The notes under the pieces: generated by a model
The model's database searches: none
Told to the model about the DNA's origin: nothing
The model's input: only the letters and a program-made list of their open reading frames with translations
From: Candidatus Bathyarchaeota archaeon
GTDB lineage: Archaea > Thermoproteota > Bathyarchaeia > Bathyarchaeales > Bathycorpusculaceae
Length of the DNA: 64,000 nt
Assembly (NCBI GenBank): GCA_963715865.1
Contig: OY970280.1
Span: forward strand, 1,856,001 to 1,920,000
Direction of reading: 5' to 3'
Made by a program: the position numbers and the translations under genes
In this document: piece by piece, positions 47,945-58,118 of the stretch
How positions within the stretch are numbered: the stretch's first letter is position 1
Layout: every line of letters starts with the position of its first letter

Positions 47945-49353
47945 GTGGGCCGAGCCGTACTTGAACCAAATTGGTACAAGCCATAAGAGCAGTTTAAGGG
48001 ACTTTATCCTCTAATTAAAAAAATCAGCTGAAGTAAAAGGAAAGCTATAGGTCTTTATTCACAGGAAAATTTCTTATTCAAACAAACCTACTTTACACTA
48101 TGGCCAAATTTCTTTCTTTCACCGAGCTCTATGAAACGATTCAGCAAAAGTCCTCAGAAACAAGAGAGATTTTATGGGTATGTTCTCCCTATGTTGGATT
48201 AGATGCCCACAAGGTTTTTTCACAAGAAATCCTCAGGAATCCTCCATCGGATATTCGGTTTGTTTTTCGACTAAATGATATTAGTATAAGAAGAGGTGAA
48301 GTTAATCCGTATGAAATACAGTATTTCATGGAGCATTTTAAAGGTTGTAGTGTTAAGTCCCATGATACTTTCCATTCAAAGATTTACATTTTTGACAATT
48401 CAGCGTTGATAACATCTGCCAACTTAACGAAAACTGCCTTTGAAAGCAATATTGAAGTTGGAGTAATGCTCGAAGGCTCCCAAGTGGATGAAGTAAAGAG
48501 CTTCTTTAATCAAAGTTTATGGGAAACTGCAAAACCGATAGGTGATTTAAAAAAATTCAAGCAAATCTGGAATATAGCGCAAAAGAGTGCAAAAAACGGT
48601 AATTTGAAGAAAGCTAAGCCTCATACGAAAATCAAGGATTGGACGGATGATTATGTTAATACATGGTACATTGGTGTTCCCTGTCGGATGTCGGCAAAGA
48701 CTGAGCGGAAGATAAAGAAAGAAACGAACTGGCGGACTAAACTCTCGTTAGTAGGAGACATTGGTTATCACGCTTTTAAGGAAATTAAACTCGGTGACTT
48801 GGCATATTTAGCTAACTTGAACAAGAAACGGGGTAAAATAGAGATTGAATTGGCACGAATATATGATAAAAGTAGGGTTGAAACTGATGAGGGAGATCTT
48901 CATTTTGCATATGAAACAGAAAATACCTACTTGCTAGAAAGGAAACAATTCTATGAAATGCTAAAAAATGCAGATATTGGTTCTAGAACCTTTGAAACTA
49001 TACTTGATGATGATCAACTAAAGCATATAGCTAATGTTCTTTCTTCAATCAAGCTTAAAAGGAAAAGGAAATCAAAAACTTAGCAGCGCGCACTTCAATT
49101 TAAGACTGATTACCTGAAAAGTGTCCAATCAAAATGTCTGAGAATGAAGTTTGAGTTAAGAATGCGAATTTAAAGTTCGGAGTCAATTATTGTGCTTGCT
49201 TTTTCCATTTAATTTCGGAGTTTTTCTTTCTGCATCTTTATATGTGTGCGAAGCGCTAAGCACAACGGATTCTAATTAGATTCGAACCTGAGCAAGTTTA
49301 GGCCTCTATGGGATTTGAACCTAAATGGGAGTGGGCCGAGCCGGACTTGAACC
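47945..49353 (-). mobile_element. Decayed island integrated at tRNA-Val, bounded by a 23-bp direct repeat
   Basis: GTGGGCCGAGCCG(T/G)ACTTGAACC at 47945-47967 and 49331-49353 (22/23); no integrase inside. Confidence 0.75.
48100..49083 (+). CDS. PLD-family (HKD) nuclease with unknown C-terminal domain
   Basis: FHSKIYIFD...ITSANLT....N.E.G. Confidence 0.8.
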   Translation: MAKFLSFTELYETIQQKSSETREILWVCSPYVGLDAHKVFSQEILRNPPSDIRFVFRLNDISIRRGEVNPYEIQYFMEHFKGCSVKSHDTFHSKIYIFDNSALITSANLTKTAFESNIEVGVMLEGSQVDEVKSFFNQSLWETAKPIGDLKKFKQIWNIAQKSAKNGNLKKAKPHTKIKDWTDDYVNTWYIGVPCRMSAKTERKIKKETNWRTKLSLVGDIGYHAFKEIKLGDLAYLANLNKKRGKIEIELARIYDKSRVETDEGDLHFAYETENTYLLERKQFYEMLKNADIGSRTFETILDDDQLKHIANVLSSIKLKRKRKSKT

Positions 49354-49406
49354 GGCGACCTTTGGCTCGTAAAGCCAACGTCCTAACCAAGCTAGACGAC
49401 CGGCCC
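49332..49406 (-). tRNA. tRNA-Val(TAC)
   Basis: GGGCCGG acceptor, TTGGC-TTTACGA-GCCAA anticodon arm, GCCGG-TTCAAGT-CCGGC T-arm; CCA not encoded. Confidence 0.95.
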
Positions 49407-49519
49407 GCACATTTTGCTTATTCAAAGCTTGATTTAAGGTGTTTGGATTAAGGAATTGCATTTGGTTCATATTAGAATTTTCCTTATCCTAAGGTCAATT
49501 AGTCATATTGAAAAAACTT

Positions 49520-50443
49520 TTAGCCTTTACTTTGCGATTTTTTGGTTGTAACCAAGAAAACTCCGATGAAAATCAAGACTGCGCCTGCTAGAACCGAGGG
49601 ATATAATGTTTCGTTGACGAAGAGTACGGCGAAAACTACGGTGACGAGTGGTTCCGCGAAGAGAAAAGAGCTTGCAGTTGCCCCTGCTTTTTTTAGCACG
49701 TAGAACCAAATGTAGTATCCGAGCAGTGAACAGGTCGAAGACAGGTACAGTATCCCTAGCCACTGATTGGTTGTTAGGGTGAAGATTTGGAAGAATGAGT
49801 TGTCAGCCAACGAGAAGGGAATTAAGCAGACGCCACCCAGTAGGCTAACGTAAGCCACGACCAGGAAGGCGTCATATTTCTGCATGATTTTCTCGCCCAG
49901 CAGGCTGTAAACTGCCCACATCACAGGCGTAGAAAGCAGTATAAGAGTGCCCACCAAGAACGTCATGCTTCCCTCAAGATTCAAAAGGTCAGCTAAAACA
50001 ACTAACAAAGTGCCTGCCACAGCAGTGATTATCCCAACGGTTTGCTTTTTCATTAAATGCTCACCGAACAATCGAGCCGAGAAAACCGTTATGAGTAAGG
50101 GCGATAGAAGACAGACAAGAACAGCTGCAATCGACGCTCCAGCCAGCTGAATCCCCGTATATTGAATGGTGAAGAAGAAAGTTACGCCGGTCAACGCAAG
50201 TGCAAGCAGTGTCAAGAGGTCTCTTTTTTGGACACGAAGCTTGTAGTCTGGGCTTACACGTTTTTTAGCCATTAGCGCGATGAGGAAGAGGGCTCCAGCG
50301 ACCAGAAACCTGAAAGTTGCAACGGCAGTCGGGGAAAGTCCGTCGCCTAAAAGTTCCTTCACCACGACAAATGAGCTGCCCCAGAAAACAATCAGTAGCA
50401 CCATTAAGAAAGCCTGAAAGGGACTGATTGAACGGGAAGCCAT
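49520..50443 (-). CDS. DMT/EamA transporter
   Basis: 10 TM with two EamA repeats; WGSSF, FRF, EPLV. Confidence 0.9.
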   Translation of the reverse strand: MASRSISPFQAFLMVLLIVFWGSSFVVVKELLGDGLSPTAVATFRFLVAGALFLIALMAKKRVSPDYKLRVQKRDLLTLLALALTGVTFFFTIQYTGIQLAGASIAAVLVCLLSPLLITVFSARLFGEHLMKKQTVGIITAVAGTLLVVLADLLNLEGSMTFLVGTLILLSTPVMWAVYSLLGEKIMQKYDAFLVVAYVSLLGGVCLIPFSLADNSFFQIFTLTTNQWLGILYLSSTCSLLGYYIWFYVLKKAGATASSFLFAEPLVTVVFAVLFVNETLYPSVLAGAVLIFIGVFLVTTKKSQSKG

Positions 50444-50577
50444 GTCTCAAAGTATTGCTGTTTTCCTTTTAAGCATTAAACAAGTCACGTGCCAATTTGA
50501 TGTGAAAAGGTGGGCTGAGCCCTTATTTGGTTGAGACTTATATATTAAGTTGACTTAATTTTTGTAGGTGAATAATC

Positions 50578-51036
50578 TTGGTTTCTCAAAAACTTTTAGA
50601 ATTTTTAAATAAAGGAATAGCCCGCGAACTCCAAGTCAGCATACAATACATGTGGCAACACGTCCAAGTCACAGGCATGGACGGCGCCATCGTAGAAGAC
50701 ATTTTCCGCAAGACCGCCATCGCCGAAATGAAACATGCTGAACGCCTCGCAGAACGCTTAGACTACCTCAACGGCGTACCCACAACCAAACCCGACCCAA
50801 TTTTCGTTGGTGGCAGCCTCATCGAAATGCTCAAACAAGACGAGCAGAACGAAGAAGAAGCCATCAACCTCTACAAGCAGGCAATTCAGGTTGCGGCTGA
50901 AGAAGGCGACTACACCACAAGGCGGCTGCTGGAAGATATTCTCGCGGAAGAGGAAAACCACATCAACACGTTCGGCAAACTCCTCGTCGGCATGACCGAA
51001 CCATTTACCCAGCCAGGAACATCTCAAATAGAATAA
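50578..51036 (+). CDS. Bacterioferritin-like protein
   Basis: EL..S.QY, EMKHAERL.ER, EEEAI..Y, EEENH diiron ligands. Confidence 0.85.
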   Translation: MVSQKLLEFLNKGIARELQVSIQYMWQHVQVTGMDGAIVEDIFRKTAIAEMKHAERLAERLDYLNGVPTTKPDPIFVGGSLIEMLKQDEQNEEEAINLYKQAIQVAAEEGDYTTRRLLEDILAEEENHINTFGKLLVGMTEPFTQPGTSQIE

Positions 51037-51069
51037 CAAACAAAAAGAAAACAAAGAAAAAGGCTGCTC

Positions 51070-52416
51070 TTAACGCAGCTTCATCAAAATCATTTCTGCT
51101 GCTAAAACCATGGGCTCCCATGTTTCACATAGCGGGGGGGCGTATGCTGTGTCTGCTTTGGCTAGTTCTCTCACGGTCATCTGTTTTTGTATGGCGAATG
51201 AGATGGCGTTTATGCGTTGGGTGACTTCTTCTCCGCCGATTATTTGTGTGCCGATTATGCGCTGGGATTCTTTTTCAACGATAAGCTTCACTTTGATAGG
51301 TTTAGCGGTTGGGTAGTAGTCTGCTTTTGTTTTGCTGCTGATTGTGCCTGTGACGACTTCGATTCTGTTTCTTGCTGCTGCTGTTTCGCTTATGCCTGTT
51401 GCGCCTGCCTCGATTTCGAACAGTCGTGTTACGGCTGAGGCTAAGATGCCTGTGAACTGTGCGTAGTCGCCCCCGGCGTTTGCTCCTGCAACTTTGCCTT
51501 GTCTAACCGCTATCGTGCCAAGCTGAGCGCATATGGGTCGGTGCGTGATGATGTTTGGTGCTTCAGCGCAGTCGCCAACAGCATACACATCTTTTACGTC
51601 TGTTTCCATTCTTGCGTTAGTCTTAATCGCATGTGTCTCACCCAACGGTATGCCGGCATCAACGGCAAGTTTCGTGTTGGCTCTTACTCCGAAAGCGCTG
51701 ATGAACAAGTCAGCCTCAATTTTTTCGCCTCCAGCCATAATAGCTGTAACTTTGTCTTCTCCGAGAAACTCTTCCACACCTTTGCTGGTCAGTATGCGCA
51801 TGCCCTTCTCCTCCAGATGCTCTTGCACAAGCTTCGCCATGTCAGCGTCAAGCAGTTGAGGCAGTATCTGCGGCAACATCTCTACGACAGTAACTGTTAA
51901 GCCTCGCTCGATTAAGGCTACGCCTGCTTCCAGCCCGATTAACCCGGCGCCCATGATAACGGCTGATTTCGCGCCAGCTTTAACTGCAGCATCAATCTTC
52001 TCGCCATCCTCTATGCCGCGGAGGCTTAGGATTCCAGGTTTTTCTCTGCCTTTAATCGGCGGCATAAACGAGTCAGCGCCAGTTGCAATCACCAAGCTGT
52101 CGTATGGCAGTACTTCGGTGGCTCCTGCCTTGTCAACAACTGTGACGGTTTTCTCTTTAGTGTTAATCGCAGTGGCTTTTGTTTCGTTCCGCAAATTCAA
52201 CTTTAACATTTGGAAGTATGCTGGTGAATAAACAATCAAATCGTGAAAACTTGGAATTTGCCCGCCAATGACAAAGGGTAAGCCGCAACGTGAGTAACCA
52301 GCAGTCTTTTCCTGTGTTATCAAAGTGATTTCGGCTGTGCGGTCTTTTTTGCGTGCTGCTGAGGCTGCTTCAACGCCTGCAGCGTTAGCTCCGATAATAA
52401 TAATGCGTCTAGCCAT
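51070..52416 (-). CDS. CoA-disulfide reductase/NADH oxidase family flavoprotein
   Basis: GANAAG, YSRCGLP single redox Cys, GAGLIGLE, YAVGDC, YAPP; ATG 52416 preferred over the track start 52467. Confidence 0.88.
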   Translation of the reverse strand: MARRIIIIGANAAGVEAASAARKKDRTAEITLITQEKTAGYSRCGLPFVIGGQIPSFHDLIVYSPAYFQMLKLNLRNETKATAINTKEKTVTVVDKAGATEVLPYDSLVIATGADSFMPPIKGREKPGILSLRGIEDGEKIDAAVKAGAKSAVIMGAGLIGLEAGVALIERGLTVTVVEMLPQILPQLLDADMAKLVQEHLEEKGMRILTSKGVEEFLGEDKVTAIMAGGEKIEADLFISAFGVRANTKLAVDAGIPLGETHAIKTNARMETDVKDVYAVGDCAEAPNIITHRPICAQLGTIAVRQGKVAGANAGGDYAQFTGILASAVTRLFEIEAGATGISETAAARNRIEVVTGTISSKTKADYYPTAKPIKVKLIVEKESQRIIGTQIIGGEEVTQRINAISFAIQKQMTVRELAKADTAYAPPLCETWEPMVLAAEMILMKLR

Positions 52417-52432
52417 CCACTTTGCCTTCTGC

Positions 52433-52849
52433 TTATTTGGATTGGGCTTGAGCCTTGTGCCACTCAACAGCTTTGTTAAAGTCCATCAAGTTTGCAAGCT
52501 CAGCCTGTAAGTTTGAGGGTTTAACAACGATTAACCAGCCTTTCACGTACGGGTCCTCGTTGAGAGTCTCCGGTTTAGACTGAACTTCATCGTTGACTTC
52601 TTCGATTGTTCCGCTTACGGCTGCAACCAAGTCTGAAACTGCTTTAACAGACTCCAACGTTCCATAGGGCTCGCCTTGCTTCACTTCTGTTCCGACGCTC
52701 GGCAATTCGGCGTAAACGATTTCTCTCAGCGACTTCTGCGCATAGTCAGTGATGCCCATGCGAACTTTGTCTCCTTCAATTTTTATCCATTCAAAATCTT
52801 TAGAATAATAAAGCCCTTCAGGCACTCCGTATGCTTCAACTTTTACCAT
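52433..52849 (-). CDS. gcvH: Glycine cleavage H (lipoyl carrier) protein
   Basis: GITDYAQ, ESVKAVSD lipoyl-Lys, NEDPY..GW. Confidence 0.93.
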   Translation of the reverse strand: MVKVEAYGVPEGLYYSKDFEWIKIEGDKVRMGITDYAQKSLREIVYAELPSVGTEVKQGEPYGTLESVKAVSDLVAAVSGTIEEVNDEVQSKPETLNEDPYVKGWLIVVKPSNLQAELANLMDFNKAVEWHKAQAQSK

Positions 52850-52926
52850 GCATTTGAACCTTCTAAATTTTGATAAATATGCAGTCTAGATTCAAGCTTA
52901 AAAGGTTTCACAAAAGAGAAAAGGGC

Positions 52927-54024
52927 TTAACGTTCGCGTTTGCCAGCTATCCAATCTTCTGTCCATTGCCTAGCCTCAGGGTCAGGAACCTGAATTGGCG
53001 GATGCTTAAACGCGTAAGATGGCATGCTTAGTAAGGCGCCAGCGATTTTACGGTCCAACGCTATTTTCGCTGCACGAATCAAATCAATAACTACGCCAGC
53101 ACTGTTGGGTGAATCTTCCACTTCAAGTTTAACGCTGATGTTAATGGGGCGGTCACCAAACTTTCTCCCCTTCAATGAAATGTAACAAATCTTCTTGTTT
53201 TGCAAGAAACCGACATAATCCGAAGGTCCAATGCGCGTGGGCAAGTCGTAAGGCACAAGGCTCGTAACAGCCTCAGTCTTGCTAATTCGTTTAGTCTTCA
53301 ACCGGTCTTCAACGGTCATGTTCAAAAAGTCAGTGTCGCCGCCAAGATTAAGCTGGTATGTTTCGTCAACAATGGCACCTCGGTCAAGGCAGAGCCGCAC
53401 CAAGCTTCGATGCAGAATAGTTGCTCCTACTTGGCTCTTAATGTCGTCGCCTAGAACGGGCAAACCTGCAGTTTCAAACTTTTTAGCCCACTCTGGATTC
53501 GAACCGATAAACTCGGGCATGCAATTCACAAATGCGCAGCCAGCATCCATAGCACATTGAGCATAAAAGCGTGTTGCGTCTCGGCTGCCAACAGGCAAGT
53601 AGTTAACAAGAACCTGAGCTTTCACTTCTTTTAGAACCTTAACCACATTTGCCTTATCATAGCCGCTGTCATCATAAACATTAAAAGTCTGCCTCATGTG
53701 CTCAGCAACGCCATCCAAAATTGGCGCAGGAGAAACTTTCACGCCTAAATGTGGCACATCAGCAAATTTTACACAACAGTTAGGCTTGGTGAAAATGGCT
53801 TCAGAGAGGTCTTTGCCAATCTTATCCTTATTCACTTCAAAGGCAGCAACAAACCGTATGTCTCTAATATGATACCCGCCATAGTTCACGTGCATTAGCC
53901 CGGGCACAGTGGTGTTTTCTTTAGCGTCTTTGTAGTATTGGGTTCCCTGAATCAGGGCTGATGCGCTGTTGCCAACGCCTACAAGTGCTACGCGTATTTC
54001 AGGCATTAAACGATAACCATCCAA
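52927..54024 (-). CDS. ino1: myo-Inositol-1-phosphate synthase (likely start 54006)
   Basis: GVGNSAS, YLPVGS, GDDIKSQVGAT, GGDTDFLN, DSPNSAG. Confidence 0.93.
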   Translation of the reverse strand: MDGYRLMPEIRVALVGVGNSASALIQGTQYYKDAKENTTVPGLMHVNYGGYHIRDIRFVAAFEVNKDKIGKDLSEAIFTKPNCCVKFADVPHLGVKVSPAPILDGVAEHMRQTFNVYDDSGYDKANVVKVLKEVKAQVLVNYLPVGSRDATRFYAQCAMDAGCAFVNCMPEFIGSNPEWAKKFETAGLPVLGDDIKSQVGATILHRSLVRLCLDRGAIVDETYQLNLGGDTDFLNMTVEDRLKTKRISKTEAVTSLVPYDLPTRIGPSDYVGFLQNKKICYISLKGRKFGDRPINISVKLEVEDSPNSAGVVIDLIRAAKIALDRKIAGALLSMPSYAFKHPPIQVPDPEARQWTEDWIAGKRER

Positions 54025-54139
54025 GATTATATTGTTAGTGAAGGCTTAATGTACGCCTACTCTATAACTTTTTCTAAACACTATGGCAAAATTAAAAGGG
54101 AACCGCCAACACATAGCTAACCAGTTGAAGTGAAAGGCA

Positions 54140-54517
54140 ATGAGCAAAAACGAAGTCGCCATCTCGTATTCGCCCTTCAAAGAAATTGTTATCTTGGAAA
54201 AAACCCGTTTTAACACGCCTGAAGATATAGCAAGATTTACTTCTGTGATAGCAGGCGGCAAACTGGCTGGTTTATACTGGGTTGATGGCGTTGTCTTCTT
54301 GTATTTTCCGCTTCCCGCTTCAACAACTGTAGTCGCCAGAGAACTGTTAGAGAACGGCAAAGTTTACTGGACCTTCGTTGGTTACGCGCTTATGCCAAAA
54401 TATGCACAGGTAATCGAAACTAAAGAAAAAATGATTGTGCCCGTAGTTGATATCTCGTCTGATTCCATTCTTAGAAAAGTTGCCCAATGGCTAAAAGAAC
54501 AAAATAGTGACGCCTAA
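54140..54517 (+). CDS. Conserved archaeal hypothetical protein
   Basis: 125 aa globular ORF, co-oriented with ribK; LYWVDGVVF. Confidence 0.7.
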   Translation: MSKNEVAISYSPFKEIVILEKTRFNTPEDIARFTSVIAGGKLAGLYWVDGVVFLYFPLPASTTVVARELLENGKVYWTFVGYALMPKYAQVIETKEKMIVPVVDISSDSILRKVAQWLKEQNSDA

Positions 54518-54534
54518 ATTTTGAAGGCTCATTT

Positions 54535-54921
54535 TTGGGGAAAATAATATTCAAAGGCACGGTTTTTTCTGGCACTGGTGAAGGACGAAAATTTATTGAT
54601 TTACCATGGGTAAAACGGCAAATAGAAGAAAAGCTCGGTTTTACTCCTTATTCTGGAACACTAAACATCCGCCTTTCAAAAGAGAGAGCAAAGCAGAAAA
54701 AACTGCTTGAAAATGCAAAGCGCTTAGAGGTTTACCCGGAAAAAGGTTACTGCATTGGCATACTAATCAAAGCATACATAGACAGTTTAGAGGGCGCAAT
54801 TATTATTCCACAGGTTCCCAATTATCCAAGCGACGTTTTAGAGGTTATTGCTCCTTGGTATTTGCGTGAGCGCCTTAAGATAACAGATGGCAGCGTAGTA
54901 ACTGTCACCGTCAACGTGTAG
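54535..54921 (+). CDS. ribK: CTP-dependent riboflavin kinase
   Basis: G.V.SG.GEG, PY.GTLN, LE.IAP..LR. Confidence 0.9.
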   Translation: MGKIIFKGTVFSGTGEGRKFIDLPWVKRQIEEKLGFTPYSGTLNIRLSKERAKQKKLLENAKRLEVYPEKGYCIGILIKAYIDSLEGAIIIPQVPNYPSDVLEVIAPWYLRERLKITDGSVVTVTVNV

Positions 54922-56422
54922 GGATACATATTTTCTTAAGAGAAGCAATATATTCGTCTGCACAGCCGTTTCTTTTTAGGTATGCACCATAGGTTACAAG
55001 GGCTTTCATGGCTCGAGCGGCATCTTCAGGCGAAGAATAAGAAGGCACACAAAGCCTGTCAAACCTTGAACGCGTGTAGAGCGCCATTTCTGTTTCGCCA
55101 ATATCGCACATTACTATGGGCTTGCTATATTTAGAGGCAATTTTCACAATACCGTCGATATATTTTTCTCTTAATCCTGGCATGTGATGCAGCCCAAGCA
55201 AAATTATGCCATAAATTTGCGGATCCTTAAACATCAAATCAGCGGCAATCACAAACATGTCATCAGTCACCGAGCCAGTAAGGTCAACTGGGTTTGACGT
55301 AGCAGCAATCTTCAAAATGACATTTTTGTCTTTGAGTTCTTGGAATTTCCGCTCAGTTTCACTAGAAAAACGTTCAACTGTTAATCCTAAAAGTTCGCAT
55401 TCATCGACGGTCATAACGCCGGGTCCACCTGCGTCTGTGAGTATGCCGATATTTTTGCCCATAGCTGGCGGCTGCATAGCTAAGGCTTTTCCCATGTCAA
55501 AAAACTCTTCCATATCTCTTGCTCTAATAATTCCGCCCTGCTCGAAGGCAGCATCGTAAATTTTGTCTGACCCTGCAATTGCGCCTGTGTGTGAGGCGGC
55601 AGCTCTTGCACCTGCCTCGCTTTTGCCAGATTTTATGACTATGACGGGTTTTTTTACTGTAACTTTTTTTGCTATTTTTAGGAATTCTCTTCCTGCTTTA
55701 ATGTCTTCTAAATAGACGAGTATGACTTTGGTTTCCTTGTCATGAAGTAAATAGTGAAGTATGTCTGATTCGGTTACGTCGCATTTGTTGCCGATGCTGA
55801 CGAATTTGCTAACGCCCATCTGTCGACCAGTCAAATAGTCTAGGGCGGCAACGCCGAAGGCTCCACTTTGAGTGATCATGGCTATGTTGCCGGGCATTGG
55901 TCTGGGGGTTGCTACAACTTCGTCTCCGGTTGTGAGAGTTTTTGTTTCTGGAAGAAACAGAGTATCTATGCCTGTTTTTGAGTAGTATACTCCAAGGCAG
56001 TTGGGTCCTAAAACGCGTATTCCGCCTTTTTTTGCTGCGGTCACTACTTGTTCTTCTAGTTCTGCGTTTCCTACTTCTCTGAAGCCTGAGCTGATTATGA
56101 TGGCGGCTTTGACTTTTTTGGCTGCTGCTTGCTCCATGATGCTGGGCACAACTTGCGCTGGAACAATAACTACGATTAATTCTACTTCGTCAGGAATATG
56201 GGTTACAGAGGGGTAACATTTGAAACCTAAGATTGAATCTTCATTCGGATTAACAGGGTAGAGTTCTCCCTTGAAAATTCCACGCAGCTTGTTGGTTGAA
56301 AAATTTTTGAAAATCACGTGTCCTGCTTTATCAACTTTTTTTGTTGCTCCGATAACTGCGACTGAATGCGGGTTGAAGAACGCGTCCAATTTCTGTAATG
56401 TATCTTCCATACCTGATTCCAC
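54911..56422 (-). CDS. acdA: Acetate--CoA ligase (ADP-forming) alpha subunit
   Basis: GPNCLG, QSGAFG, SIGNK.D, AAASHTGA, NPVDL. Confidence 0.9.
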   Translation of the reverse strand: MESGMEDTLQKLDAFFNPHSVAVIGATKKVDKAGHVIFKNFSTNKLRGIFKGELYPVNPNEDSILGFKCYPSVTHIPDEVELIVVIVPAQVVPSIMEQAAAKKVKAAIIISSGFREVGNAELEEQVVTAAKKGGIRVLGPNCLGVYYSKTGIDTLFLPETKTLTTGDEVVATPRPMPGNIAMITQSGAFGVAALDYLTGRQMGVSKFVSIGNKCDVTESDILHYLLHDKETKVILVYLEDIKAGREFLKIAKKVTVKKPVIVIKSGKSEAGARAAASHTGAIAGSDKIYDAAFEQGGIIRARDMEEFFDMGKALAMQPPAMGKNIGILTDAGGPGVMTVDECELLGLTVERFSSETERKFQELKDKNVILKIAATSNPVDLTGSVTDDMFVIAADLMFKDPQIYGIILLGLHHMPGLREKYIDGIVKIASKYSKPIVMCDIGETEMALYTRSRFDRLCVPSYSSPEDAARAMKALVTYGAYLKRNGCADEYIASLKKICIPTR

Positions 56423-56736
56423 TGTTTCGCTATGAGCTTGGAAGCTGTTTTTATGTGTTACTATTCAAAAAGTTCTTTGTTCAATTAAATGGTTATTTGT
56501 TTCTTCTGTATTAACTTTCTTTATGGCTTAAGCTAGCTAGATTAGTTGCGACTATTTGATTCCATTTACAATTGTGAGTTTGCTGAAGAGAAAAGTCGCT
56601 ATAAACAAGCCACTTGAACGTTGTAGATTAGTTTCGACAAGGCAGAAAGCTTTTGTCGAGACAATTGAGGAAAAACGAGTAGAGATTCAAAGGCTAGATT
56701 TGTTCAAAAATCCCGTAAAAGTTTTGTTCAAACAAT

Positions 56737-57942
56737 CTAGTTGCTTTTCTTCATAAATTGTTCTAACGCGTTGAACGCTTCATCCAACTCTTCTATCGGC
56801 GGCAGGAAAACTGCTCGGGCGTGGCCTTTGCCGTAAACTGGGTCAAAGCCTGAGCCGTTAACGATGAGTACGCCAGTTTCTTTTAGCAGTTCCACGACGA
56901 ATTCCATGTCGGTTTTCCATCGTGTGCCTACTTCGTGGATTTTGGGGAAGATATAGAAAGCGCCTTCGGGTTTTGTTGTACTTATGCCTTCAATTTCGTT
57001 TAATCGTTTCCACGCGAAGTCTCTTCTCTGTTTCAACCTATCAACAATATCTTTTACGCAATCTTGAGGCCCATTAAGTGCGGCTGCTCCAGCTATCTGC
57101 ACGGGCGTATTGGCACAAATGCGGATTCGACATTCCTTCTCAACAGCCTGCTTAAGCTCGTCGAGTTGTTTGCCTTCGCCTTTAAAGTACATGTAGCCTA
57201 AGCGCCAACCTGTCATTTGGTAAACTTTGGAGAACCCGTTTAACCCAACAACAGGCACGTCCTTGGACAGGTAGGCGGTGCTGACGAATTCTTTCTCGTA
57301 AGTTATTTGGTCGTAAATTTCATCGGAAATCACAAGCAAGCCGTGTTCGCCTGCTATGTCAAGCATTTCCTGAATCATTTTTCTATCGTAAACTGCGCCT
57401 GTGGGATTGTTTGGGTTAATGATTACTAATGCGCGTGTTTTTTCTGATATTTTGCTTCTCAAATCATCAAGGTTTGGCTGCCAACCTTCCTCTTCGATTG
57501 TTTCATATGCAACTGGTGCGCCGTCAAAAAATCTGGTATATGAAATGTACGGTGGATAGGTTGGACCTGGAAAGAGGATTTCGTCGCCTCTTTCAACGAG
57601 GGCTCCAAGGATCATTTGGATTCCTTCCGAAATGCCCTCTGTAATTAGCACATTGTCCGCTGAAATGTCTACATTGTTGACTTTTTTCTCTTTTCTGACG
57701 ATGGCTTCTCTGAGGTCGGCTCTTCCTTCGGAAGGTGAATAGTAATTATCGTCTTGTTCAATTGCCTTGCTTAAAGCGTCTTTAACGTTTTGTGGCGTTT
57801 TAAAATCGAATGCCGCAGGATCGCCGATGTTTAGGTAGTAGATTTTTTGGCCGTTTTTCACTAGCTGTTCAGTGTATGGTATCACGTCTCGTATCGCATA
57901 CTCGATGTTTTTTGCTCTGCTGGTTACTTTGATGCGCGCCAA
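56737..57942 (-). CDS. Class I/II PLP aminotransferase (alanine aminotransferase-like)
   Basis: LNIGDP, NPNNPTG, SDEIYD, GFSKVY..TGWRLGY. Confidence 0.9.
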   Translation of the reverse strand: MARIKVTSRAKNIEYAIRDVIPYTEQLVKNGQKIYYLNIGDPAAFDFKTPQNVKDALSKAIEQDDNYYSPSEGRADLREAIVRKEKKVNNVDISADNVLITEGISEGIQMILGALVERGDEILFPGPTYPPYISYTRFFDGAPVAYETIEEEGWQPNLDDLRSKISEKTRALVIINPNNPTGAVYDRKMIQEMLDIAGEHGLLVISDEIYDQITYEKEFVSTAYLSKDVPVVGLNGFSKVYQMTGWRLGYMYFKGEGKQLDELKQAVEKECRIRICANTPVQIAGAAALNGPQDCVKDIVDRLKQRRDFAWKRLNEIEGISTTKPEGAFYIFPKIHEVGTRWKTDMEFVVELLKETGVLIVNGSGFDPVYGKGHARAVFLPPIEELDEAFNALEQFMKKSN

Positions 57943-58118
57943 CTTGTGTTACCTGTAACCCAAACACTTGCTAACCGAAAAAATAAATCTTCCTAAGATT
58001 AAACAGCATGAATAGACTTACTTATATTTTATCGCCTATAAGGAAGGATATCTGTTACTTCTCAGCACATTTTTATTTCCGATTCTCTTTGAATAAAGGT
58101 TGGTTTTGGTGAAAAAAG

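Noticed and set aside
49084-49280. Short ORF fragments inside the tRNA-Val island
   Set aside because: Under 15 codons each and unrecognisable; possibly decay products but unsupported
56556-56756. 66-aa ORF between acdA and the aminotransferase
   Set aside because: Overlaps a terminator-like hairpin (TCGACAA/TTGTCGA) of the opposite strand; no SD or motifs
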